Shown here one piece after another: positions 1-8,576 of a stretch of 25,244 bases of DNA. The translations under genes were made by a program, and so were the position numbers. Below the pieces are notes generated by a model. It was not told the DNA's origin, did no database searches, and saw only the letters and a program-made list of their open reading frames with translations. Origin of the DNA: an uncultured Nitrososphaerota archaeon (GTDB lineage Archaea > Asgardarchaeota > Njordarchaeia > Njordarchaeales > Njordarchaeaceae); the NCBI GenBank assembly GCA_964518475.1, contig CAZFGR010000024.1, positions 1-25,244 on the forward strand, given 5' to 3'. The number at the start of each line of letters is the position of its first letter. The first letter of the stretch is position 1.

Positions 1-2
1 AC

Positions 3-665
3 AAAGAACTCTTCTACACTACCCCTAACGGTACCATCATCGGGTATAAGCTTGGTCAGGGCATTCTATGGCACGTAGATACTAGGATTAGCCGATCCCA
101 CATTTATGTACCAACAATATTTATCGGGGTAAATAATACTGTTTCTGGACTTTTCATAATAAATACCTCCATAATCTCTGTCAATATTTTCAATGGAGAG
201 ATCTTTTGGGTCAGAAATCTCTCAAACTACTTTATGATAATCAACGTACTCTCGCCTACACTAATTGATTTTGATAAAGACGGTGTATTAGAAGTATTCG
301 TAGCAGGGTTTGGAGGGGAAAGCGAGTTTATCACTTTGAATGAATTTGGTGAGATAGAGTTTGCTGTCAATGTTTTGGATGAATTAATAATTCCCCTACC
401 TTTCTCAAATATTATTTTAGATGATATCGACTCTGATGGTGAGGACGAAATTATTGGTCTCAGTATCGACAAATTGTACGTAGTGGATCTCAATGATAAA
501 GTAGCTAATTTCATTAAGTTTCGTTTCTCATTAGGTCCGGAAAGACACACTGTTTTTTATCATAATGGCTTGGCGATCGTTAAGCTTTATGGTGAAAAGA
601 AAATCGTAGTAACTACGCTAAACCACATATTAATGCTAAATGCAACAAACACTGCATCATCATAG
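3..665 (+). CDS. FG-GAP/VCBS/PQQ-like beta-propeller repeat protein, C-terminal part (5' end outside window)
   Basis: The frame is open from nt 3 (KELFYTTPNGTIIGYKLGQGILWH...FNGEIFWVRN...) into the tracked 234..665 ORF. It has DxDxDG Ca-binding blade motifs (DFDKDGVLEV, DIDSDGEDEI), PQQ-like G-x-x-x-W repeats and several N-x-S/T sequons. Confidence 0.75.
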   Translation, partial: KELFYTTPNGTIIGYKLGQGILWHVDTRISRSHIYVPTIFIGVNNTVSGLFIINTSIISVNIFNGEIFWVRNLSNYFMIINVLSPTLIDFDKDGVLEVFVAGFGGESEFITLNEFGEIEFAVNVLDELIIPLPFSNIILDDIDSDGEDEIIGLSIDKLYVVDLNDKVANFIKFRFSLGPERHTVFYHNGLAIVKLYGEKKIVVTTLNHILMLNATNTASS

Positions 666-844
666 ATCTATATTTAATAAACATATTCCATGAGGAATTT
701 GAAGATATAAAAAAACAATCAATTATCTTTTGAAAAATAATTATGAAGCGGACAAAAGTAAAAACGGTAAAGGTTTTTTAGTCTAATTATTGGCTTAAAT
801 TTTGGGATTATTTCATGAATAATTTTTGTCTGAGGCGTTATGAA

Positions 845-1750
845 ATGTTTCACGGTGTAATTGTTCCCATGATAACTCCGTTTAAGAAGGACTATTCCAT
901 AGATTTTGAGGCTCTTAAATGGTTGACAGAGTTTCTTATGCGAAAAGGCGTTCATGGACTTTTCCCATACTCAACTACTGGGGAGTTCGTGCATCTAAAG
1001 CCGGGGGAAGGTATAAAGATTGTCGAAACAGTTCTAGAGGAAGCCAAGAACTCAGTAAAAATAATCCCTGGGATAAGTTCGAATACTACCTTAGAGTGTA
1101 TAGAACTCGGCAAGAAGATGGAGGACTTAGGAGTCGATGGAGTAATCGCCACACCCCCATTCTTCTTTAAACTTAAGACAAAACACCTTATAGAACACTT
1201 TTCGGGCATAGCGTCTAGATTATCCCTGCCAATTATTGTATATAACATTCCCTCGCTAACTGGTAACCCCATACCTGTCGAGGTTTATGAAAAACTGGCG
1301 AAGGAGCATAGTAATATTGCGGGGGCTAAGATTACTTACGACAGCGTCTCTTATCTAAGAAACTTAATCATAGCATTAAAGGAGGTTAGGAAGGACTTCT
1401 CAATCCTGACCGGTCTTGATGATATGTTCCTCTACACCTTACTAATCGGTGGCGATGGGGGAATAATGGCATGCGCTAACTTTGCTCCTCAGATCCATGT
1501 AGAGCTATACAATGCCTACAGAAATGGAGAGTATGAAAAAGCTATAGGACTCTCGAGAAAATTGGCAAAATTGGCGAGAATATATGATTATGCATCATCA
1601 TTCCCATCAGCAATTAAAACAGCTTTTAAAATCTTGGGGACTCCAGTAAAACCAGTCGTGAGGCCACCATTAACTCCAGAACCCTCGGAAGTAGAAGAAA
1701 AAATAAGAATGATTCTAACGGAGCTTGGGCTCGTGGGAAGCTCATATTAA
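845..1750 (+). CDS. DapA/N-acetylneuraminate lyase family class I aldolase (probably not true DHDPS)
   Basis: GVIVPMITPF, STTGEF, YNIP and Schiff-base Lys in GAKIT. ATG at 845 is preferred (GAGG upstream) over 815. Confidence 0.9.
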   Translation: MFHGVIVPMITPFKKDYSIDFEALKWLTEFLMRKGVHGLFPYSTTGEFVHLKPGEGIKIVETVLEEAKNSVKIIPGISSNTTLECIELGKKMEDLGVDGVIATPPFFFKLKTKHLIEHFSGIASRLSLPIIVYNIPSLTGNPIPVEVYEKLAKEHSNIAGAKITYDSVSYLRNLIIALKEVRKDFSILTGLDDMFLYTLLIGGDGGIMACANFAPQIHVELYNAYRNGEYEKAIGLSRKLAKLARIYDYASSFPSAIKTAFKILGTPVKPVVRPPLTPEPSEVEEKIRMILTELGLVGSSY

Positions 1751-2440
1751 CCTGAAAAAGATATATTGGGGGTACTCTGAGGCTCCTAGATAAGACATGA
1801 CTAAAAGATTTACAATATTCCTCCATTTCTTTTCTTCTAGTATCTCGGGGTATATGCGTAGAACTCCTTCCTCTAAGGAAATTTCATCAATTTCTGTCTC
1901 GGATAAGTAGGGTATTTTCTCACTCGACAACTTTGGCACGAAGCTTTCAGCCACTTTAAAGAGCCTATCTACAATATACCTACGTACTTGAAGGCACTTT
2001 AACCAATCTCCCTTCATCGCTAATACATGAACCTCCGCTCCTTTCTTGGAGAAAGACAACAGTGCCTTAATGTCCAACTCTGACGCTAATATGTAATCAG
2101 AAGCTAAGAAGTGCGGTGGAATAGTTGGCCATTCTCTAATAGCACCTATTATTCTTAAGCCCCTAGTGTTTACTTCTTCTAATATATCATCAATCTTTCT
2201 ATTCCGAAACTCTACTAATTCGAGAGTGTCCGTGACAAGAAATATAGAATCCCTAAAAGAGGAGGCGATGCCCTCAAATCCGTACTTTCTCAGCATCTCT
2301 TTTAACAAGACCTCGGTTTTAGAATAAGATATTAAAGCTCGATAATAATCATTAATAGGTACTCTAATGCTGGGCTCAGAATATTTAGTAGCTAGCTTAT
2401 TGACGGTAATGCGTAATAATTTTTCTAAGAGTTTTCCCAT
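1742..2440 (-). CDS. Hypothetical protein, possible inactive MPN/JAB (MPN-minus) domain
   Basis: 232-aa ORF convergent with the aldolase. GLRIIGAIREWPTIPPHFLASD keeps the JAMM spacing but lacks the His ligands. The ORF is solid; the fold call is an inference. Confidence 0.6.
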   Translation of the reverse strand: MGKLLEKLLRITVNKLATKYSEPSIRVPINDYYRALISYSKTEVLLKEMLRKYGFEGIASSFRDSIFLVTDTLELVEFRNRKIDDILEEVNTRGLRIIGAIREWPTIPPHFLASDYILASELDIKALLSFSKKGAEVHVLAMKGDWLKCLQVRRYIVDRLFKVAESFVPKLSSEKIPYLSETEIDEISLEEGVLRIYPEILEEKKWRNIVNLLVMSYLGASEYPQYIFFRLI

Positions 2441-2661
2441 GCGGGATCACTACAAGCATAAACTATAAAACTTGTTCTATAGAGATCAGAGAAAAATATT
2501 TACGACAGACATAGATTATAAAGCAATAATATGCATTGCATGAAATCCCTAATACGAACACAAATAAATAAAGTCTTGAGGTAAGATGCACCAATACAGA
2601 TTTCAATAGATGGATGCTTAACCTATTAAAAGACCTAAAAAAGAGGGGGTCCTTCACAAAA

Positions 2662-2686
2662 ATAGTATGTTTTTTATTCATACTAT
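2662..2686. promoter_or_regulatory. Perfect 8-bp inverted repeat ATAGTATG-N9-CATACTAT, candidate transcription-factor operator
   Basis: Seen directly in the divergent intergenic region, about 60 nt upstream of the 2749 start. Confidence 0.4.
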
Positions 2687-2748
2687 ATCAGCGGCATAGA
2701 TAATTCGTTTTTGGAAAAGTGGATTATGTATAGTATAGGTGTGGCGGT

Positions 2749-3327
2749 ATGATTAAGAGAGAGGTTGTGTACTTCGAAAATCCTGGGAAAGAAAATACTG
2801 AGAAGACGCTTGAATTAGCTAAGAAGAGAGCGGATGAATTAGGTATAAAAGATATTGTTGTGGCTTCTACTACTGGATATACAGCGAGTAAAGCAGTTGA
2901 AATTTTTAACCCTAAAGGATACAACCTTGTCATAGTGACTCATATGACTGGTTTTAAAGAGCCTGGTACTCAGGAGTTCCCCTCTGATCTACGTGAGAAA
3001 CTAGTGGCTGAAGGTGCAAAAATTCTCACATGTTCCCATGCCTTTGGTGGAATTGAAAGAGCGATTAGGAAAATTCTCAATACTTGGGGCCCGGTCGAAT
3101 TGATGGCTCAAACCCTAAGACTTTTCGGAGAGGGTTTAAAAGTCGCTGTTGAGATTGTAGTAATGGCCGCTGATGCGGGATTAATACCAGTAAATCGCGA
3201 TGTGATAGCTATAGCTGGAACTGGGAGGGGGGCTGATACTGCCTGTATCATAAAACCGGCACATACATCGAATTTCTTTGATTTATTTGTGAAAGAGATA
3301 ATATGCAAGCCTTTAAAACATTTTTAA
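2749..3327 (+). CDS. Pyruvate kinase C-terminal (alpha/beta)-like domain protein, MTH1675/COG1751 family
   Basis: YFENPGKENT, VVASTTG, VTH..GF, LRLFGEGLKVAVEI..MAADAG, GTGRGADTA and C-terminal EIICKP, all characteristic of this family. Confidence 0.85.
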   Translation: MIKREVVYFENPGKENTEKTLELAKKRADELGIKDIVVASTTGYTASKAVEIFNPKGYNLVIVTHMTGFKEPGTQEFPSDLREKLVAEGAKILTCSHAFGGIERAIRKILNTWGPVELMAQTLRLFGEGLKVAVEIVVMAADAGLIPVNRDVIAIAGTGRGADTACIIKPAHTSNFFDLFVKEIICKPLKHF

Positions 3328-3486
3328 ATTTTAGTAGGTTTGGCATGGTGTAACGATTAGACTAAGGAATATGCGAGACTGCGTAACAAATATTGTATCT
3401 TTAAATTAGTCTTATTTTTCGAATAATTTTGTGTTCGTGGTAATACGTAATTATACGTATAAAGCAGTATTATTGAGGGAATATTG

Positions 3487-4071
3487 ATGGAAAAAACAAG
3501 AACGCGTGAAATTGCTATTACTGCTGTTCTTACAGCTTTATCTATTGCTCTTGCATTATCTCCTATGGAGTATCCCTTCGCCCCATTACCATTCTTAAAA
3601 TTTGATATCGCGGAATTACCAGTTCTGGCCGTAAGTGCTATGCTTGGACCGGTATATGCCTTGTTATCAACTGTTATCTTAGCTCTCTCCTATGTCCCTA
3701 GGGATCCTATTGGTGCACTATTCAAGTTTCTAGCGATCTTATCAACGGCACTTCCTTTATCTCTTGTAACTTATGTAGGACTCAAATCGACGAGGAAGAA
3801 ATTAATCGCTTATTTCATGGGGATTATTAGCATAGTCACAAGATCATTAATTATGACGCTAGCTAATTATGTTCTCATCCCTATCTTGTACATACCGGGG
3901 ATTCCGCTAGAGACCGTTGCTTCTTGGTTTGGAATGAACTTATTCACGTTCCTAGGGTTTATATTCCTCTTTAATATAATTCAAGGTGCAATCAATGTTA
4001 TACCAGCAGTTACATTGGTTCTAAACCTTCCAAGGGAGTGGGCGCCAAATTGGCTGAGATCCTCAGATTAA
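3487..4071 (+). CDS. ECF transporter substrate-binding S component, RibU-like
   Basis: Very hydrophobic, about 5-6 TM segments, AxxxA helix-1 motif, FLKFDIAELPVL..AMLGP signature, directly upstream of ECF A and T genes. ATG 3487 (TTG 3484 alternative). Confidence 0.85.
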   Translation: MEKTRTREIAITAVLTALSIALALSPMEYPFAPLPFLKFDIAELPVLAVSAMLGPVYALLSTVILALSYVPRDPIGALFKFLAILSTALPLSLVTYVGLKSTRKKLIAYFMGIISIVTRSLIMTLANYVLIPILYIPGIPLETVASWFGMNLFTFLGFIFLFNIIQGAINVIPAVTLVLNLPREWAPNWLRSSD

Positions 4072-5747
4072 ACAATGTATCTTTCAGGTACATGTATCGG
4101 AAAGAGTATGCTTTGAGAGAGATTAACCTCGGCGTGAGAGAGGGGGAAATAGTCCTACTAGCTGGTCGCTCAGGCTCTGGAAAATCTTCATTAATTAGAG
4201 TAATTAATGGTTTAATACCTTTTTTCTACGAAGGATCGTTTGCGGGACAAATAATCTTGTCTGGGGAAGACATTACAGATTTTTCTCCACGAAATAGGTT
4301 GCGAAAAGGTATTGCAACAGTCTCACAGTTTCCAGAGGATCAAATTCTCGCCAGAAAAGTATGGCGAGCCGTGGCGTTTGGTTTGGCTAATCTTGGTTTT
4401 TCTCGCGAAGAGATTATTAAGAGAGTCAGAGAGGCTCTGAAATTTGTTGATATGTGGGAGTATTGGGATCGAGAAACATTATCCTTGAGTGCTGGCCAGA
4501 AGCAGAAGGTGGTTTTAGCAGCGGCTCTAGCTCTGCAACCAAAAGTTCTTCTCCTGGATGAACCTACGTCACAGCTAGATCCACTCAGTGCACAGAAATT
4601 TCTGTTATCTCTCAGCATTATTAGGGATGAATTAGATGTTACAATTATCGTTGCTGAGCATCGTTTTGATGAACTAACTATGATAGCTGATAAAGTTGTG
4701 CTGATAGAGAATGGCGAGGTAATAGCAGAAGGGCCCCCGAAGCACATTTTTGCTTCAAATATTCCCAAGGAAATTGGGATTGGTTATCCAAAGCTAGCAA
4801 TGCTTTCTAGGATACTTTTTTCTGATAATGAAATTGTTTTGAGCGTGAGTGAATTTAGGAAGAAGCTTGATGAGAAAAAGTGCAAAGTATTTAGAACTTA
4901 TAGTGTTCCTAAAGTAAGCGATGTACTTAGGAATTCCAGCGATGCAGTTGTTCTAGAGGATGTCTGGTTCGCTTATGATAAAGAGTGGATTCTAAAAAAC
5001 GTCTCCTTCAGAATTGGAGAGGGTGCTTTTGTTGCAATAGTGGGGCCTAACGGTGCCGGTAAAACAACACTATTGAAGTTGATTTCGGGAATTCATAAAC
5101 CTGTAAAAGGTAGAGTATTGATATATGGTAAGGATTCTCGAAAACTGAAGCTTAATGAGTTAATTGGTTTAGTAGGATATATGCCTCAAAATCCAGAAGA
5201 AATCTTCTTCAATGATACAGTATTTGATGAGATAGCCTTTGCTTTAAGAATGCAAAGAGTCCCTCTAGAAAAAATAAAAGAAAGAGTCTTGGAAATTGCT
5301 AAGTTACTTGGAATATCGCATTTGCTTAAAGAAAGTCCATTTAATATTTCTGGGGGAGAAAAATTAAGAGTAGCGCTAGCATCCATCCTTGTATTGGATC
5401 CTAAGATTTTGCTTCTTGATGAACCTACACGGGGCATTGACTGGAACACCAAATATACTTTCTTTTCAAAGATAAGAGAAGTTTTAAGTTCGAAAACAAT
5501 AATTCTTGCTACACATGATATTGAATTGTTGGCGGAATTGCCCATAGATAAAATAGTTTTAGTAAGTGAGGGAGAGATTGTTAAGGAAGGTGATAAAAGA
5601 ATTCTCGCAGACTCTGTTATTGAGAATCATAAGTTGGTCAGACCTAAAATAGCTCATCTTATGGATATGCTTGGCGTCAGAGGAGTTGTAAGTATTGAAG
5701 AAGCAGCAAAAATAATCAGGTGTGTAGAATGGTCTTACCAAAGATAA
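4038..5747 (+). CDS. ECF transporter fused dual ATPase (EcfA-A')
   Basis: Two ABC cassettes: GRSGSGKS/LSAGQKQ/LLLDEPT and GPNGAGKT/ISGGEK/LLLDEPT, with ECF-type Q-loops (QFPEDQ, QNPEE). The start may be TTG 4050. Confidence 0.95.
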   Translation: MGAKLAEILRLNNVSFRYMYRKEYALREINLGVREGEIVLLAGRSGSGKSSLIRVINGLIPFFYEGSFAGQIILSGEDITDFSPRNRLRKGIATVSQFPEDQILARKVWRAVAFGLANLGFSREEIIKRVREALKFVDMWEYWDRETLSLSAGQKQKVVLAAALALQPKVLLLDEPTSQLDPLSAQKFLLSLSIIRDELDVTIIVAEHRFDELTMIADKVVLIENGEVIAEGPPKHIFASNIPKEIGIGYPKLAMLSRILFSDNEIVLSVSEFRKKLDEKKCKVFRTYSVPKVSDVLRNSSDAVVLEDVWFAYDKEWILKNVSFRIGEGAFVAIVGPNGAGKTTLLKLISGIHKPVKGRVLIYGKDSRKLKLNELIGLVGYMPQNPEEIFFNDTVFDEIAFALRMQRVPLEKIKERVLEIAKLLGISHLLKESPFNISGGEKLRVALASILVLDPKILLLDEPTRGIDWNTKYTFFSKIREVLSSKTIILATHDIELLAELPIDKIVLVSEGEIVKEGDKRILADSVIENHKLVRPKIAHLMDMLGVRGVVSIEEAAKIIRCVEWSYQR

Positions 5748-6487
5748 TCTCATATGTTGAACGTGATAGTGTTTGGCATAGAGCTAATCCTTGCACTAAA
5801 TTACTTATAGTGACCACTCTAGTGTTTTCTCCTTGGATATCTGAAAGATTTCTTTTATCCGCCCTGATAATCTTGGCAATTTCATTAATAATGAGTAAGA
5901 GTATGCGAGATCTAACACATATTTATACTGTAATTCTCGTTTTCTCAGTGATTTTTCTACCGCTTAATACGCTCTTGTATTCTAGTCTTATCAAAGAAAA
6001 AACCTATCTTCTAAAGCCTTGGATTACTTTAGAAGGATTACTCCTAGCAGTAATAGCACTAATGAGAATTGTGATCGGTCTCCTAGCTATTGGTCTTTTC
6101 TTCGTCACAACAAGTCCTGAAGAACTAGAGGACTTTTTATTGAGACTGAAATTTCCAGCGTCTTTCATACTTGCTTTAACAGTCTCTACAATGTTCGCGC
6201 CTATGCTTTTAGAAGAGATTACTAGAATAAAGATGGCTCAATCTCTCAGAGGAGCTTTTCGCGGAGGATTCATAAATAGAATCAAGGCTTACGCCCGCGT
6301 CTTAGGGATTCCTTTAATAGTATCTGCTTTAAGGAGAGCGATCAGGTTGGCTGAAGCAATAGAATTATGGGGAGCCCCATCCCCAAATAGAACAGTGTTT
6401 ACTTCTATTAGTTTCAAAAAAGAGGATATGGTATTGATTTCAATGCTTGCTTTTCTAGTGAGTCTCTGCACTCTCGTGCCGTTTTAG
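5729..6487 (+). CDS. ecfT: ECF transporter transmembrane component T (EcfT)
   Basis: DS.WHRANP..K N-terminus, TTSPEEL, AQSLRG and EAIELWG coupling-helix motifs; overlaps the ATPase gene. Confidence 0.92.
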   Translation: MVLPKIISYVERDSVWHRANPCTKLLIVTTLVFSPWISERFLLSALIILAISLIMSKSMRDLTHIYTVILVFSVIFLPLNTLLYSSLIKEKTYLLKPWITLEGLLLAVIALMRIVIGLLAIGLFFVTTSPEELEDFLLRLKFPASFILALTVSTMFAPMLLEEITRIKMAQSLRGAFRGGFINRIKAYARVLGIPLIVSALRRAIRLAEAIELWGAPSPNRTVFTSISFKKEDMVLISMLAFLVSLCTLVPF

Positions 6488-8320
6488 AATTCTTTCTACA
6501 AGCTCATTAAAAGCTAAGAGATTTTCTTTTTCGGCCTCTTGGCGCATCTCATCGATTTTTTCAAGAGATTCGTCAACACCTAAAATAGCTAGAGCTTCTA
6601 TAAGTTTTAGTGTTACTGACCAGTATATTACTGGGTAACCCTTTAGAACCTCCCTTATGTTTTCGAATTCTTGAATGATTTGTTCCAGCAAGTCTCTCCG
6701 GATAGTTTTGAGTCTTATTGTATCCGCTATTTGTGTGAGTGTCCATAGTAGATTGGAATAGTAAAGAGAGAATTCTGTGGGAGAGAGAGTCCATAAGATC
6801 CAGATGTCCTCTCCGATAATTTCTTCTAACATATTGATTATTTCAGGAGACATCTCTCCCCTCCTAGCTAGAATCTCGGCTACAAAGCCGAGGAGTTCGG
6901 ACATCAGAATTGTATACTTAATCATTGGTATTCTCTCGGATAGCTTGTATTTGCCTAGGGCTCTAATCCATTGTATGATCTCTTTCAATTGGTTACTTAG
7001 GTAATCTTTACCAGTAGCTATTGACAAGATCTTTAGTATCTCGAGATATCTAAGATAAGTCTCCACCTTTATCGTTATTGGTATTTTCTCAGATTTATCA
7101 AGACAAGTTCTCCATTTCTTCCAACTCTTTTCAAAAACCTTTAGAATTTCCGACACTTCTTCCAGACTTATACCTTTCTGAAGATGTGATATGGATAAGA
7201 TCGTTACCCAAGCTCTAAGCCAAGACGTTGCATGGTCAAAGCTCTTTTTATCAAAGCTCCTTAAAGTTTCCTGTTGAAGCTCGCCAAGATAGTATAACCA
7301 TTCATCAGATGGTAGCTCGTAACCATATATGAACTTATACATAACCTCGTAACTTTTATTGAGAGTATGAAGTAGGGAACCTTTGGGAAGGATCTCGGCA
7401 TAAATTCTAGCAAGTTCGTTATCTATTGGCGGGAATGTTGCAAGAATATACGCTACAGACTCTTCTAAGTCTCTAGCAATATTTGATTTAATTATTGTCT
7501 TATTTGTGAGTATTAGTTTTGATTTAGTATTATAAGAGGAAATATTGTAGAATTCCGCAAGACTATACTCTAGTAGCATTTGAATAAAAACATCGGATAT
7601 TTCCTTTATGAGGCTCTTTAGTTCATCTGGATTTATAATTTCGGAGGAGCTGCTTTCCATCATTAAGAGTGCTGTTTTAACAAAAATTGTTTTTGCAGCA
7701 TTACTATAGTAGTTTTCGTTAAAGAATGCGAATGTCTTAGCGAGTATGTCCTTATAGTTTAGGTTAACTACATAATCCAATAATGCCTTGAAATCTTGGA
7801 GTGCTGTTTTTTTAAGTTTAATATCTTTGAGAGATATTTTTCGAGTTCTAATTGGTGGTGGTGTTAAGTCGAGTTTGGTTATTTTTCCATGACCAAGTAG
7901 GCCCTTCATCTTACCTATGATTTCTTTGATAAGGTTTATATCCGGTGGCGGAGTTCTTAGATAGCGGTCTATAAGATCCATTACTTCTTTCTTTATGCTT
8001 TCATCGATTTGAAGCTGAATTGGATCAAATCCGAGTCTTTCTATTTCAAGAGCAATTCTTTCAGCAATACTCTCCAGCTCGGGGTCTTCAATATCTGAGA
8101 ATAATGTAAAAATGAGGTTCTCGGTGCTCGCGAAATATAGATGAATACTTTCTGTCTCTACGTGTCGTAATCTGCTATGCACAAGCCCTTCAACAAATGA
8201 GTACATAACAGCACTTATTTGTGCAAAGAAGTTTCGCCCCTCTTTAGTAAGTATGGGAATATATTCCCGCGTAATTATCGGTGTGCCCCCAGAATCCGCT
8301 AGAATATATCCCAGAATCAT
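6455..8320 (-). CDS. Longin-like N-terminal domain fused to a long alpha-helical (solenoid-like) region
   Basis: The first ~125 aa follow the longin pattern (MILGYILADSGGTPIITREY; SAVMYSF; RHVETESIHLYF; LIFTLFSD; helix). The rest is Leu/Ile/Glu-rich amphipathic helices with no enzyme motifs. Confidence 0.65.
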   Translation of the reverse strand: MILGYILADSGGTPIITREYIPILTKEGRNFFAQISAVMYSFVEGLVHSRLRHVETESIHLYFASTENLIFTLFSDIEDPELESIAERIALEIERLGFDPIQLQIDESIKKEVMDLIDRYLRTPPPDINLIKEIIGKMKGLLGHGKITKLDLTPPPIRTRKISLKDIKLKKTALQDFKALLDYVVNLNYKDILAKTFAFFNENYYSNAAKTIFVKTALLMMESSSSEIINPDELKSLIKEISDVFIQMLLEYSLAEFYNISSYNTKSKLILTNKTIIKSNIARDLEESVAYILATFPPIDNELARIYAEILPKGSLLHTLNKSYEVMYKFIYGYELPSDEWLYYLGELQQETLRSFDKKSFDHATSWLRAWVTILSISHLQKGISLEEVSEILKVFEKSWKKWRTCLDKSEKIPITIKVETYLRYLEILKILSIATGKDYLSNQLKEIIQWIRALGKYKLSERIPMIKYTILMSELLGFVAEILARRGEMSPEIINMLEEIIGEDIWILWTLSPTEFSLYYSNLLWTLTQIADTIRLKTIRRDLLEQIIQEFENIREVLKGYPVIYWSVTLKLIEALAILGVDESLEKIDEMRQEAEKENLLAFNELVERILKRHESAETH

Positions 8321-8524
8321 GCTTTTCGACCCAGCTTCGTATTTTATCTTCAGTATTTAAAATCAATTATATTCTCAGTACCTCATTAATGGCTTCTCTT
8401 AAAAAATTATAATTTGGAAGTATTTCATAGTAATCATAATGCTAGTACATTTAACAAAAGGACATTATTCTATAAAAATTCTTCTGTGCCCGACAGAATT
8501 TCAATACGCATCTTGTCCGTATAG

Positions 8525-8557
8525 TCCTAATATATATTGAGCATATAACTATTAGGA
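8525..8557. terminator. Hairpin TCCTAATA-TATAT-loop-ATATA-AC-TATTAGGA downstream of apgM; possible terminator or operator
   Basis: Bulged inverted repeat about 20 nt past the apgM stop codon. Confidence 0.35.
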
Positions 8558-8576
8558 TTCCGTAAACATAGGATAA

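Noticed and set aside
227-1826. ORFs 227..550(-), 719..955(-), 919..1170(+), 952..1272(-), 1626..1826(-)
   Set aside because: Shadow or alternative frames over well-supported genes; Ser/Ile-rich antisense composition and no motifs.
2463-2681. 72-aa minus-strand ORF in the divergent intergenic region
   Set aside because: No SD or motif, atypical composition, and it overlaps a probable promoter/palindrome; cannot be supported.
3-8320. Beta-propeller + solenoid + longin as a linked proto-coatomer locus
   Set aside because: The propeller looks extracellular (sequons, Ca loops). The genes are on different strands and separated by unrelated metabolic genes.
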